From: Polyangiales bacterium
GTDB lineage: Bacteria; Myxococcota_A; Polyangia; Polyangiales; Polyangiaceae
Reading direction: 5' to 3'
Length of the DNA stretch: 64,000 nt
Assembly: GCA_038230375.1 (NCBI GenBank)
Contig: JBBRNJ010000020.1
Coordinates: 45,286-109,285, forward strand
Part shown: piece after piece, positions 1 through 9,901 of the stretch
Layout: each line of letters starts with the position of its first letter
Numbering within the stretch: the first letter of the stretch is position 1
Notes under the pieces: generated by a model
The model's database searches: none
The model's input: the letters and a program-made list of their open reading frames with translations, nothing else
Told to the model about the DNA's origin: nothing
Translations under genes and position numbers: made by a program

Positions 1-871
1 GCTCATCCGAGGCCGCCATCCACAGCGCGGCCTCCGCGCGCGTGGTCTTCCCGACGAAGGTGGCGGAGACGCCGCGCACGCGTGCGTAGTGCTCCAGGAA
101 ACGGCGCTCGGGTCCATCCCCCACGACCACCACGTGTGTGCGAGGCCCGCATGCATGGGCGTAGTCGAGCGCGCGGTCGACGCTCTTGCCCTTGGTGAGG
201 CGGCCCACGACGGAGACCACTGTCTCCGCCTTCATCGCGCTCCGACGCGCACGCGCGAGCGCCGGGTCGACCGCTGGCATCTCGAAGGGCGATGAGCGCA
301 CCTCCGCGATGCGCATGACCACGCGCTCATCCGCGATCGAGAGCGCCGACAGCAGAGAATCGCGAAGGCTCTGCGACACGAAGCGCCACGTCGTCATGGC
401 CCGCGCGAGGCGCCTGACGACGGACGAGCGGACGGCTCGTGGCATGCGCAGCAGCAGCCTGACGTCTGCGCCATGCGAAACGCCGATCACCGGCGTACCG
501 ACCGGCTCACCCGCTCGGGCGATCGGCCAGACCGAAGGCAGCACCCAGTGCGCCACGATCACATCCGCCGGCAAGGTCGCGACGGCGTTGCGTGCATAAT
601 ACACCCATTCGAGCGCGCCGCCGATCGCAAGGGGTGAGCGGGCGAGCCGAGCCGCAACGCCGGGCCAGCCGAACGCAGCTCCGCCGTGGAGAGCACACAC
701 GACCAGGCCATCGTCGTCGCGCACGCCGACGCCGGCAGCGCTGGACGCCGGGCAGACGACGGTCACGAGATCGCCGCTCGCAGCGTGTGCCTTCGCTTCG
801 GCTCGGACGAAGTGCCCCGCCGGATCGTCTGGCCCGTCGGGGTAGCTCGTGGTGACGAACGTGACGCGCAC
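1..871 (-). CDS. Glycosyltransferase family 4 (GT-B), C-terminus runs off window
   Basis: Not in the ORF track. Manual translation from GTG 871: VRVTFVTTSYPDGPDDPAGHFV...VIVAHWVLP...GVSHGADV, a typical GT4 N-terminal domain. Confidence 0.8.
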   Translation of the reverse strand, partial: MRVTFVTTSYPDGPDDPAGHFVRAEAKAHAASGDLVTVVCPASSAAGVGVRDDDGLVVCALHGGAAFGWPGVAARLARSPLAIGGALEWVYYARNAVATLPADVIVAHWVLPSVWPIARAGEPVGTPVIGVSHGADVRLLLRMPRAVRSSVVRRLARAMTTWRFVSQSLRDSLLSALSIADERVVMRIAEVRSSPFEMPAVDPALARARRSAMKAETVVSVVGRLTKGKSVDRALDYAHACGPRTHVVVVGDGPERRFLEHYARVRGVSATFVGKTTRAEAALWMAASDE

Positions 872-1043
872 GCGCGAGTCGATAGCATCCCCCGAGGTCG
901 CGTGTCTCTCGCCGATGACGGGGGGTACAGCACCATGGATCACGAAGATCCGCGCCCACGCCCTCCTACATGCGCGCCACAGCGGAAATATCCGCGCAAT
1001 TGGTTGACCCTCGGGTGGCGTGGATCTTGTTTCAAGGGTGGGC

Positions 1044-2114
1044 ATGCGACGTCTTGAGCCAGGTCCTGTGGTCGTGTTGGGTGTGCCCCGAGTCAGGGCA
1101 GCTCGACCGGTTGCGCAGCAGATCGTGGCGCCGCCCTCGGTGCCGAACCAGGAGACCGAGATCAGCGTCGACGTCGAACTGCAGTCAGAGCCCATCCGTA
1201 CTCCCCTTCGTGCCGCTGCTCCGCGGTCGGGGTCGGTGTCCATGTACCTGCCCAAGTCGGCGCCCGCGATCGCACCGTCCTCCGCCCCGGTCTCCGTGCG
1301 CATCTCGTCCTCCCCGGTGCGCCCGTCGACAGCGCGACGCATGTCGGCGCCCACCATGCGCGTCTCGGCCGCTCCGTCGCGCTCGCACCATGCGACTCCG
1401 CTGTCAGCGTTCGCGCTCACGCCGGCGGAGGGCGTGGCACTCCCGCCCCGCGACGCGGAGCAGGTCGATGCGATCGCGTGGCTCGCACGCACGGCGCGCA
1501 GCATTCCCACGCGCGTGGCCGAACATCTCGTGACGTTCGGTGTGGCGATGTTCTCGTTCGCGTTCCTGGCTGCGGTGATCGCGACGTTCGGTGGGAGCGA
1601 CGTGCTGCCCCAGCGAGCAGCAGCCGCGACCGAGGAACCGCGTGCAGGATACACCCGACCGTTCGTCGAGAAGCTGTCGACGGGTGCCATGCCGCAGGCC
1701 GAGAGCGGGCTGATGGCAGCGCCGCAGCCGCTCCAGATGATGCAGGTGAAGTCTTCGTCGCGGACCAGTCACGCGGCCGCACCGGCCGTCGCGATCGCCG
1801 CCCCCGAAGCCGCACGTCGCGCGCCCGTACTGCCGCCCGCTGGGGCCGACATTCCGATGGAGCGCGAGCCCGTTCGCGCAGTGGTCACGACCGCAGCCCC
1901 TCCCGTCGCTGCACCGCAGCCCGCGGCGCCTGCCACGAAACCGCCGCCCGCAGCGCCTGCCGCGAGGTCGCTGACAGCGACCCGGCCTTCGACTCCGCGC
2001 ACTGCAGCGGCGCCGTCGGAGCCGCGCGCGCACAAGGATCCCTCCGAGTCGGGGCTGGCGCAGCGCGCGCTCGACGAAGCACGGCACGAAGACACGAGCC
2101 TTGGCGGCCACTGA
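1044..2114 (+). CDS. Pro/Ala/Ser-rich bitopic membrane protein, unknown function
   Basis: ORF 1020..2114, ATG at 1044; one hydrophobic segment (LVTFGVAMFSFAFLAAVIATF) with low-complexity flanks. Confidence 0.6.
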   Translation: MRRLEPGPVVVLGVPRVRAARPVAQQIVAPPSVPNQETEISVDVELQSEPIRTPLRAAAPRSGSVSMYLPKSAPAIAPSSAPVSVRISSSPVRPSTARRMSAPTMRVSAAPSRSHHATPLSAFALTPAEGVALPPRDAEQVDAIAWLARTARSIPTRVAEHLVTFGVAMFSFAFLAAVIATFGGSDVLPQRAAAATEEPRAGYTRPFVEKLSTGAMPQAESGLMAAPQPLQMMQVKSSSRTSHAAAPAVAIAAPEAARRAPVLPPAGADIPMEREPVRAVVTTAAPPVAAPQPAAPATKPPPAAPAARSLTATRPSTPRTAAAPSEPRAHKDPSESGLAQRALDEARHEDTSLGGH

Positions 2115-2161
2115 TCACGCTCGCACTGGCGAAGCCACCATGGATCGGGCAGGATACCCGT

Positions 2162-2761
2162 ATGCTTGGTGTTCGCTCTTTTGCTTGGTCCACGCTCGCG
2201 CTTGCTTCCACCCTGGCCGCTGCTCTCGCGGCGTGCGGCGGAGGCTCCACCACCGGCATTGGCCCCGACCCCGACGGAGGCACCGACGCGAGCGCAACGG
2301 ATGACGGTGGTAGTGAAGGCGGCGGCGGCACTGTATGCACCAGCGGCAAGACGTGGACGCGCGGCACCATCGGCAGCGAGCTCATGCGCCCTGGTGACAC
2401 GTGCATCACGTGCCACAAGAGCTCCAACGGCGCGCCCGAGTTCCTGATCGCCGGCACCGTGTACCCCACGCGCCACGAGCCGCTGCTCTGCAACGGGCTC
2501 ACGGGCATCACCGTCACCATCACGGACGCGAAGGGCGCGCAGACGATCCTCAAGTCGAACTCGGTCGGCAACTTCGCGTGCGGACCGGTGGCACGAAGCG
2601 GATTCCCGATGTGCAATCCCACGTTCCCGGTATCCGCGCGCGTCGATGGTCCGGGCGGGAAGACTGCATCCATGATCGATCCGCAGATGACGGGCGATTG
2701 CAACACGTGCCACACCGAGGCCGGCCTGAACAACGCGCCCGGCCGCATCTCTGCGCAGTAG
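2162..2761 (+). CDS. Diheme c-type cytochrome lipoprotein
   Basis: Lipobox LAAC; two CxxCH motifs (CITCH, CNTCH). Confidence 0.8.
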   Translation: MLGVRSFAWSTLALASTLAAALAACGGGSTTGIGPDPDGGTDASATDDGGSEGGGGTVCTSGKTWTRGTIGSELMRPGDTCITCHKSSNGAPEFLIAGTVYPTRHEPLLCNGLTGITVTITDAKGAQTILKSNSVGNFACGPVARSGFPMCNPTFPVSARVDGPGGKTASMIDPQMTGDCNTCHTEAGLNNAPGRISAQ

Positions 2762-2791
2762 CTACCCCGAGCCTCACGGGCCTTGCGACTC

Positions 2792-3805
2792 TCACGCAAC
2801 GTGGACGATCTTCCCTTCGAGGCCGCCACGCTCCAGGAGCTCGTTCGCCTCGCGCGCGGCAAGGAGCGGCAGTCGCTTCGCGATCCTTGGCGACAGCTTC
2901 TTCGCCTGGAGCAGCGCGACGAGCGTGGGGAGATCTTCGCGGAACGGCGCCTTGTCCGCGCGATATAGCCTGGTGATGCCATAGAAGGCGCCGCGACGTC
3001 CGGCGAGCCGCGAGCCCACGAAGAGCGAGAGCATGCCGGAGAGGGTCCGGAGCAGACTTGGTGTTCCGTCCTTGCCGGCCGTCGCGGAGAAGCCATAGCC
3101 AACGACCAGGCCGCCGCGCTTCGTCGCGCGCACGCACTGACCAAGGTATGCGCCCCCGAGCCCGTCGAACGCCACGTCCACGCCCTGGGCCAGGACTTCA
3201 TGCAGCGCGACGTCGACCGGGACCTTGCGGCTCTCGATCGGGATGGCCCCCAACGAGCGCACATACCCGTGACGTGTCGACGAAGCTGCACCGTAGACGG
3301 TCACCCCGGCGAGCAGGAGGAGCTCGATCATCGCGCTGCCAACGCCACCGCTCGCGCCCGTGACCAGCGCGGTCTGCCCGGCCTTGATCCGCGCCGTGCG
3401 GTGGATGGCCTGGTACGCGGTCACGTAGTTCAAGATGAGCGCGACCACTGCGTCGTCGGACGGCCCCTCGGGGATCTCCACGAAGTCTTCGGCTGCGCGC
3501 GTGAGCTTCTCGGCGTAGCCACCGAACACGGTCAGTGCTGCAACACGCTGCCCCTCGCGAAGCTGGGTGACGTTCGCGCCGACCTTCTCCACGCGTCCGA
3601 CGATCTCGTAGCCGGGCACGAACGGGAGCTTCGGCGCGTACGGGTAGTAGCCGCGACGCATGGTCAGGTCGGTGCCGCCTGCGCCCACTGCGGACACGGC
3701 AACGCGGACCTCGTCTGGCCCGGGCTCCATCAAGGGCAGCTCCATCTCGCGGAGAACCTCGGGACCACCCTTCTTCGTCAGCATCACGGCTCGGTACGTT
3801 TCCAT
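2792..3805 (-). CDS. Medium-chain dehydrogenase/reductase (quinone oxidoreductase-like)
   Basis: PFVPGYEIVG, GQTALVTGASGGVG NAD(P)-binding motif, GKIV C-terminus. Confidence 0.9.
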   Translation of the reverse strand: METYRAVMLTKKGGPEVLREMELPLMEPGPDEVRVAVSAVGAGGTDLTMRRGYYPYAPKLPFVPGYEIVGRVEKVGANVTQLREGQRVAALTVFGGYAEKLTRAAEDFVEIPEGPSDDAVVALILNYVTAYQAIHRTARIKAGQTALVTGASGGVGSAMIELLLLAGVTVYGAASSTRHGYVRSLGAIPIESRKVPVDVALHEVLAQGVDVAFDGLGGAYLGQCVRATKRGGLVVGYGFSATAGKDGTPSLLRTLSGMLSLFVGSRLAGRRGAFYGITRLYRADKAPFREDLPTLVALLQAKKLSPRIAKRLPLLAAREANELLERGGLEGKIVHVA

Positions 3806-3924
3806 GAGGTCACAGTGCATCCGTGCCTCCGTGTTCGGAAGATGCGTTCATGCAACGAACCATTGCGCCATTGCGCACATCGGCGAACACCCCTAGAATT
3901 CCTGCGTATCGAAGGGAGCGACGC

Positions 3925-4821
3925 TTGCACTGGGACGACGTTCGCGTGTTCCTCGCCGTGTGCGAGAAGAAGAGCCTTGCCATCGGCGCGAAGGACGCTG
4001 GGCTGGATCGCTCCACGGCGAGCCGCCGCATCGCGGCACTGGAGACGGCGCTTGGCTCGCGTCTCTTCCTGCGCACGCGTGATGGGCTGCGGCCTTCGCC
4101 TGCGGGACTCCGCCTCCAGGTGCACGCGCAGCGCATGGCGGACGAAGCGCGCGCCTTCCGTGCGTCCGCGGAGGACACGAGCAGCGTGGTCGGTCGCGTA
4201 CGCGTGGCGACAACGGAGTCCATCGCGGCGATGCTGGTGCGCGAAGGGCTCTTGCGCCTTCGCGAGCGTCACCCGCGGCTGGAGCTCGAGCTCTTGGGTG
4301 GTAACCGGGTGCTCGATCTCGCGCGCGGCGAGGCCGACCTGGGGCTCCGCGTGGTGAAGGTCGCCGAGCCCAGCCTCAAGGTTCGTCGCGTGGCGAAGCT
4401 CCCGTTCGCGCTGTTCGCGAGCGAGGCGTACGTGCGACAACGCGGCCGTCCGCGAACCGATGCGGAGCTCGCCGGTCACGACGTGATCACGATGGCCGCG
4501 GAGCTGGCGAACCTTCCAGAGTCGCGCTGGCTGGAGGCGCGCCCAGGAGTGCATGTTGTGCTTCGAACCAGCAGTATGACCGCGATGCTCACCGCCATTC
4601 TGGACGGGTTTGGCGTGGGCGCCGTGACCGGGCCGTGGGGGGAGCGCGAGCTCTCACTCTGCAAGCTGATGGACCTTCCGCACATCCCGGCGCGTCCCCT
4701 GTTCCTGGTGATGCATCCAGACGCCGCGTCGCGACCAGCTGTACGGGCAGTGGCCGACGCGATCACCGCGATCTTCGCGAATGGCGGGACCACGCGGGTG
4801 CGAGCCTCTGCGCTGCGGTAG
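3925..4821 (+). CDS. LysR-family transcriptional regulator
   Basis: HWDDVRVFLAV...STASRRIAALETALGSRLFLR HTH and substrate-binding domain; divergent from the MDR gene; TTG start at 3925 inferred. Confidence 0.9.
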   Translation: MHWDDVRVFLAVCEKKSLAIGAKDAGLDRSTASRRIAALETALGSRLFLRTRDGLRPSPAGLRLQVHAQRMADEARAFRASAEDTSSVVGRVRVATTESIAAMLVREGLLRLRERHPRLELELLGGNRVLDLARGEADLGLRVVKVAEPSLKVRRVAKLPFALFASEAYVRQRGRPRTDAELAGHDVITMAAELANLPESRWLEARPGVHVVLRTSSMTAMLTAILDGFGVGAVTGPWGERELSLCKLMDLPHIPARPLFLVMHPDAASRPAVRAVADAITAIFANGGTTRVRASALR

Positions 4822-4907
4822 CCGCGGGCAGACCACTCAGGGCCCACTTGCGACCGCTCGTCGCATGCCACCTTGTCCCACGCCGCGCTGGACCTCACGC
4901 CAAGGAC

Positions 4908-5807
4908 ATGAGGACCTACGAAGCGCTCTCGTACCGCGACAACGAGGTTGGCCTCCGTGTCTATCGCGACGGACTGCTCCAGGCGCGCATAGAGGAGATC
5001 ACGTCGCTGCCGCCGGTGCTCACGCGCGTCTACGTCCGACGTGTCTCTCGCATCGCTGCGGGAGGCGCGGCGACGCTCGGCTTCGGCGCGATGGCGCTGG
5101 CCGCACTGGTGGGCAACGGATTCAAGGCCGCGTTCGACCTGTCGCTCTTCAGCGCGCCGCTCACGCTCATGCTGCTGCTCACGCTTGCAGCGGTCCCGGT
5201 CGTCGCCCTGATCGCGCGGACTGGCGCGCAGGTGAAGTTGCTCTCGCTCGTGCGCCGCGATCTGCGAAGGACGAATGACACCCGCGCGGACGTGGAGCGG
5301 CTCGAGCGGTCTGCCGCGATGATCGTGGCGGAGCATGCAGATGCCCTGGAGACGCGAAGCGTGGCCGCGCCGCTCGTGGGGTGGGCGCTCCTGGCGCCGC
5401 TGACGCTGCATTTCGTGGTGTATGCGTTCATGGAGAACAGTCACTCGTTCGAGCGCACGGTCGAGGACTACGACTGGTGGATCTGCGCCAGCCTGCTGCT
5501 CACCGGCGTAGGCCACGTCACGCTGGCGGCGCTCGGCGTCCGCTTCGCGCAGCGGCTCCGCGCGTCCTTCAGCACGGGAGACGGCCGTTCGCCGTCCGTC
5601 TGGGCTCCGCTCATGTGGACCATTCTCGCGGGCTGCGTGCCAGGCGTCATCCTCTACCTGGTGCCGCCGGTGCTGGTAGCGGCCACCGGCCTTGTCTTCA
5701 TCCCGGCCACGTTCGCGGCGATGCGAGCACGCGTGCACGGCGAGCGCGGCGCCATCGAGGCATGCACCGCCGAAGCACCTGCGGCGATCAGCCTGGAGAC
5801 TGCGTGA
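4908..5807 (+). CDS. Hypothetical multi-pass membrane protein
   Basis: About 6 hydrophobic segments; ATG preceded by AAGGAC. Confidence 0.65.
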   Translation: MRTYEALSYRDNEVGLRVYRDGLLQARIEEITSLPPVLTRVYVRRVSRIAAGGAATLGFGAMALAALVGNGFKAAFDLSLFSAPLTLMLLLTLAAVPVVALIARTGAQVKLLSLVRRDLRRTNDTRADVERLERSAAMIVAEHADALETRSVAAPLVGWALLAPLTLHFVVYAFMENSHSFERTVEDYDWWICASLLLTGVGHVTLAALGVRFAQRLRASFSTGDGRSPSVWAPLMWTILAGCVPGVILYLVPPVLVAATGLVFIPATFAAMRARVHGERGAIEACTAEAPAAISLETA

Positions 5808-6639
5808 GCTCTTCGCTCTTCTTCCAGAGCTTCTTTGCGACGCCCGCGTCGCGCGCGAGCTCCGTGGGCTCCGTGAGTCGATTGTTCAGGTAGTAGCCGC
5901 CGGTCTTCCCCTCCACCTCGTCGCTCTCGGCCAGGTACACCAGACGATCACCGCCCTCTTCCGGCGTGTCCATGAAGAGCTTCGCGATCGCGATGAGCGG
6001 CTTTCCGTACCACGGCGCGCCGGTCCAGATGTTGGTGGCCACTCCGCCGGGGTGCAGCGCATTGACGGTGACGCCCTTGTCCTTCAGGCGCTCCGCGAGC
6101 TCGCGCGTGAACATGATGTTGCCGAGCTTGGAGCGCCCGTAGGCCTTCATGATGGAATAGTCCTTCTCCATCATGAGGTCGTCAAAGTCCATGCCGCCAC
6201 GCTTGTGGCCCACGCTGGACACATTGACGATGCGCGCGGGCGCCGACGCGACGATGACGTCGAGCAGGAGCGTGGTGAGCAGGAAGTAGCCCAGGTGGTT
6301 CACGGCGAACGTGAGCTCGTAGCCGTCCTTCGAGAGCCTGCGCGTGTCGCTCACGAGGCCCGCGTTGTTGATCAGCACGTGCAGCTTCTTGTGCTTTGCC
6401 TTGAACTCGACGGCGAGCTTCCGGATCTGCGCGAGCTCCTCGAAATCGCACAGGAGCCCGCTCACAAGGTCGGTCTTGCCGCGCTCCTTCACCTGCGCGA
6501 TGGACGCGTCCAGCCGCGCCTGGTTGCGCCCGACAAGCACGAGCTCCGCGCCCATGCCTGCGAGCTTCACGGATGCCTCGAGGCCGATCCCAGACGTCGC
6601 GCCCGTTACGAGGATGGTCTTGCCTGCGAGCTTTCCCAT
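5788..6639 (-). CDS. SDR-family oxidoreductase (retinol dehydrogenase-like)
   Basis: TGATSGIG, NNAG, YGRSK catalytic motif, LHPGGVAT. Confidence 0.92.
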   Translation of the reverse strand: MGKLAGKTILVTGATSGIGLEASVKLAGMGAELVLVGRNQARLDASIAQVKERGKTDLVSGLLCDFEELAQIRKLAVEFKAKHKKLHVLINNAGLVSDTRRLSKDGYELTFAVNHLGYFLLTTLLLDVIVASAPARIVNVSSVGHKRGGMDFDDLMMEKDYSIMKAYGRSKLGNIMFTRELAERLKDKGVTVNALHPGGVATNIWTGAPWYGKPLIAIAKLFMDTPEEGGDRLVYLAESDEVEGKTGGYYLNNRLTEPTELARDAGVAKKLWKKSEELTQSPG

Positions 6640-6676
6640 GGGCGGAGCATACGCAAAGGTGTAGAGAGAAGGCAGA

Positions 6677-7741
6677 ATGGAGAATGACGTCCGCGCGCGA
6701 TTTTCCGAGTTCATGGTCAAGCGGCTGTCGTCGGCCCGCGCGAAGGCGGAGTGGCGGGCAGAGCTCGAGAATGGCTACCGCGTGGTGCTCGGGCAGAAGC
6801 TCGGCACGTTCGTCGACGAAGCGGCGCTCCTCCGCGCGCTGGAGTCACTCTCCTCGCGCGACGTGTGGAAAAAGGTGGTCGCACCCACGTTCGTGGCCGG
6901 CCGCAAGGACGTGTTCCCCATCGTGAAGTCGGATGAGAGCACGCTCGCGACCTACGTCCCCGAAGAGGCCAGGAAGGCCATCGACGAGCTGCTCGGCATG
7001 CCCGGCTTCGTGCACGAGAAGCTGGTCTTCGAGGTGATGCGGCAAGAGGTCGTGGAGGAGATCATGCGCGACGTGCTCACGGACGCGCTGGAGGAGTTCA
7101 ACGACAAGGTGAACCCGTTCTTCGCGGACTGGGGCCTGCCGGGGCTCATCAAGAAGTTCATCCCGATCGGCGGCGGCGCGGTCTTGAAGAGCATCGACGC
7201 GGTCCGCGGCGAGTACGACAAGCGGCTCAAGCCGGAGATCCAGAAGTTCCTGCAAGGCTTCTCGCGGCGCGCGCTCGACAAGACCGCGAAGGTCGTCATC
7301 GCCCGCGCGGATGACCCCAAGAGCGTGGCGTTGCGGCGGGCGATCGCGACCTGGCTCTGGGATCAGAAGGTGTCGGAGCTCACGGCGAACGTGGACGAGG
7401 CGAAGTGGACGCTGATGGAGAAGGCGGGGCTCCTCATCGCGCAGGAGACGGCGCAGCAGAAGCGCGTGAAGACGTCACGGGACGAGCTCGTTCGCGCCTT
7501 CATGACCAAGTACAGCGCGCAGACCGTGGCCGAGGTGCTCGCGTCCTACGGCATCGAGCCCACTCCCGACTTCGACGCGATCGCGGAAGCCACGTTCCCC
7601 ACGGTCGCCACGATCGCGACTTCGAGCGTCGCAACGTCCTACGTGTCCGGCATCGTCGCGGAGTTCATCGCGGGTGAGGCCCGCGCCTTGGAAGCGGACA
7701 CCCGCGCCTCTGGAACAGAACGGGAGCCCGGCGCATCATGA
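6677..7741 (+). CDS. Hypothetical helical protein
   Basis: 354-aa ORF with protein-like composition; ATGA overlap with the next gene. Confidence 0.7.
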   Translation: MENDVRARFSEFMVKRLSSARAKAEWRAELENGYRVVLGQKLGTFVDEAALLRALESLSSRDVWKKVVAPTFVAGRKDVFPIVKSDESTLATYVPEEARKAIDELLGMPGFVHEKLVFEVMRQEVVEEIMRDVLTDALEEFNDKVNPFFADWGLPGLIKKFIPIGGGAVLKSIDAVRGEYDKRLKPEIQKFLQGFSRRALDKTAKVVIARADDPKSVALRRAIATWLWDQKVSELTANVDEAKWTLMEKAGLLIAQETAQQKRVKTSRDELVRAFMTKYSAQTVAEVLASYGIEPTPDFDAIAEATFPTVATIATSSVATSYVSGIVAEFIAGEARALEADTRASGTEREPGAS

Positions 7742-8298
7742 GCGACCGACGAGTCCGCGGCGCGCTATTTTTGGACTACGTCCGCATGATCCGTGGCCAG
7801 AAATCCGTTGCGTGGGACAACCACCTCACGCCAGAGGACATCGGGATGGTCGCGCAGAAGATCGACCCGGATGGTCTCTACCCCATGGCGGTGTTCGAGC
7901 GCCTGGGCAACGCCATCCTGCGCGAGATCGGCCACGGCGACATCGAGTCCGTGCGCATGTGGGGCAGGATCTCCGTGGACGCGCTGAGGGCGAAGTACCC
8001 GAACCTGGTCGCGGAGGGCGATCCGGTGGATACGCTGCGCCGGTTCAGCGTGATGCGTGGGACCTTCTTCGACTTCGAGGCAGTGACGGTGCATGCGCTG
8101 CACGAGGAGCACGCCATCATCGGCATCCAGTACTACATGGGGCCATTCGCGGAGGAGGCCGCGTCGTTTCAGACCATGGGCTTCTTCGAGCGGCTGCTCG
8201 AGGTCGGTGGCGCGCAGGGAGTGAGCGCGAAGTTCACGGCGCGGAGCTGGACCGGGGACGACGGAACGCGACTACAGCTCGACTGGAAGCAGGACTAG
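7738..8298 (+). CDS. Myxobacterial DUF2378/TIGR02265-like protein
   Basis: RVRGALF...GLYPMAVF...GFFERLLEVGG pattern resembles this family. Confidence 0.55.
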   Translation: MSDRRVRGALFLDYVRMIRGQKSVAWDNHLTPEDIGMVAQKIDPDGLYPMAVFERLGNAILREIGHGDIESVRMWGRISVDALRAKYPNLVAEGDPVDTLRRFSVMRGTFFDFEAVTVHALHEEHAIIGIQYYMGPFAEEAASFQTMGFFERLLEVGGAQGVSAKFTARSWTGDDGTRLQLDWKQD

Positions 8299-8311
8299 CG
8301 GGTCGGAGGGT

Positions 8312-9853
8312 TCAGTCGGGGGCGCCCCACTGGCGGTCGTAGATCGTGCGGACCAGCGAGTCGATGCCGTCGCGTGCGGCAGCTCCTTTGCCGGCGACAT
8401 GGTTGCAGAGGATCGAGAAGGCGATCGGGGATTTGCCCGGTGGGCCAATCACGAAGCCCGAGAGGGCGATCACGTCGTCCAGCGTTCCGGTCTTTGCTCG
8501 GATGGCGCGGTGCTGCGAGCGGTTGCTGAAGCGTTTGTGGAGCGTGCCGTCCACTCCGCCGATCGCCAGCTGCGCCACGTACTCGGGGGCGATGGTGGGA
8601 TCGCGGTAGACGGTGCGGAGCAGCGAGACGACCATGTGCGTGGTGAGGCGGTTCGCGTCGTAGAGGCCGGAGCCATTCTTGATGACCACACCCGGCTCCA
8701 TGAGCCCCTGTTTTTCAAGCCACTTCGTGATGATCTCCGCGGAGTCGGCGCTCTTTGCTGGTTTGTTGCGCAGCTCTCCGGAGATCGATTTGAAGATCAT
8801 CTCCGCGTAGAAATTGTCGCTGTTCTTGCCGACCGAATAGAGCAGCTCGGAGAGCGGCGCGGACTCGTGCGTGACGATGACGTTGTTCACCTTGCTGGTG
8901 CCAGCGGTGACATGGCCGTTCACCTTGATGCCGACCTGCTCGAGCGCATCGCGCAGCGCGAAGCCGGCGAGGAGCGTGGGGTCGTCCACGCGGCGGGTGT
9001 AGCGCACTACCTTCGACGTGGTGGAGATGGTGCCCGCGACCTTCGCGCTGAGTCGCTGGCCGGAGGGCGCGAGCGCGAGGATCACGTTGTCGGAGCCTGC
9101 TTCGGTGGTCTTGACGGTGCCGTCGAAGTCCACGAACCCGGGCGGGTCGAAGGAGACCTGCGCGGTGCCGCCGGGCTCGTGCGACGGCTTCACAGTGAGC
9201 GTCACCGTGTTCTCGTTCACGGCGACAGCGCTCACGGGCGCGCGGAACGTGGCCCACTCGCTTGGCTTCTGCTCGAAGGCGGGCGGCACGGGCTGGTCGT
9301 CGTGGAACTTCTGATCCACCACGATGTCTCCGTCGATGCGGCGGATGCCGTGCGCGCGGAGCTCCAGGGCAAGGCCGTAGAGATCCTCCGTCTCCAGCGA
9401 CGGATCGCCGTGACCGCGCAGCAGCAGGTTGCCCGAGACGGCGCCGCTTTTCGTCGTGCCTGAGAGCGTGGTCTGGTAACGATGATCGCCGTGGAGCATC
9501 GCGAGCGCGGCGGCAGCGGTGACGACCTTGGCGTTGGAGGCGGGGTTCAGCGGAGCGTGCTCGGAGTGCGCGGCGAGCACGCGCCCCGTGTCGACCTCCA
9601 TGATCTCGACGCCGATGTCCGCGTCCGCGAGGGAGTGACGACTCACGAAGGCGTCGACGGCGTGCGCGATCTCGGCGTCCATAGCGGGGGCGGGCGCGGC
9701 CTGGGCGACCCCAGCCTGAGGAGCGGCCTGGGCGACGGTGACGGCGGGCGGAACGACGGGGACGACGGGCGGCGGCGTGGCCTCGGAGCGCGCAAGATCG
9801 CCGTTGGCGAGGAACGCCGACGCCACGAACAATGCTGTCCACCGGCCACGCAT
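8312..9853 (-). CDS. dacB: D-Ala-D-Ala carboxypeptidase/endopeptidase (PBP4, peptidase S13)
   Basis: SxxK (PASNAK), SxN (SDNF), KTG (KTGTL), NGSGL. Confidence 0.93.
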   Translation of the reverse strand: MRGRWTALFVASAFLANGDLARSEATPPPVVPVVPPAVTVAQAAPQAGVAQAAPAPAMDAEIAHAVDAFVSRHSLADADIGVEIMEVDTGRVLAAHSEHAPLNPASNAKVVTAAAALAMLHGDHRYQTTLSGTTKSGAVSGNLLLRGHGDPSLETEDLYGLALELRAHGIRRIDGDIVVDQKFHDDQPVPPAFEQKPSEWATFRAPVSAVAVNENTVTLTVKPSHEPGGTAQVSFDPPGFVDFDGTVKTTEAGSDNVILALAPSGQRLSAKVAGTISTTSKVVRYTRRVDDPTLLAGFALRDALEQVGIKVNGHVTAGTSKVNNVIVTHESAPLSELLYSVGKNSDNFYAEMIFKSISGELRNKPAKSADSAEIITKWLEKQGLMEPGVVIKNGSGLYDANRLTTHMVVSLLRTVYRDPTIAPEYVAQLAIGGVDGTLHKRFSNRSQHRAIRAKTGTLDDVIALSGFVIGPPGKSPIAFSILCNHVAGKGAAARDGIDSLVRTIYDRQWGAPD

Positions 9854-9901
9854 GCAGAGCCTCTTACTAGGGCTTCCGGAAAAGCGAAATGGTGGGCGGC
9901 C

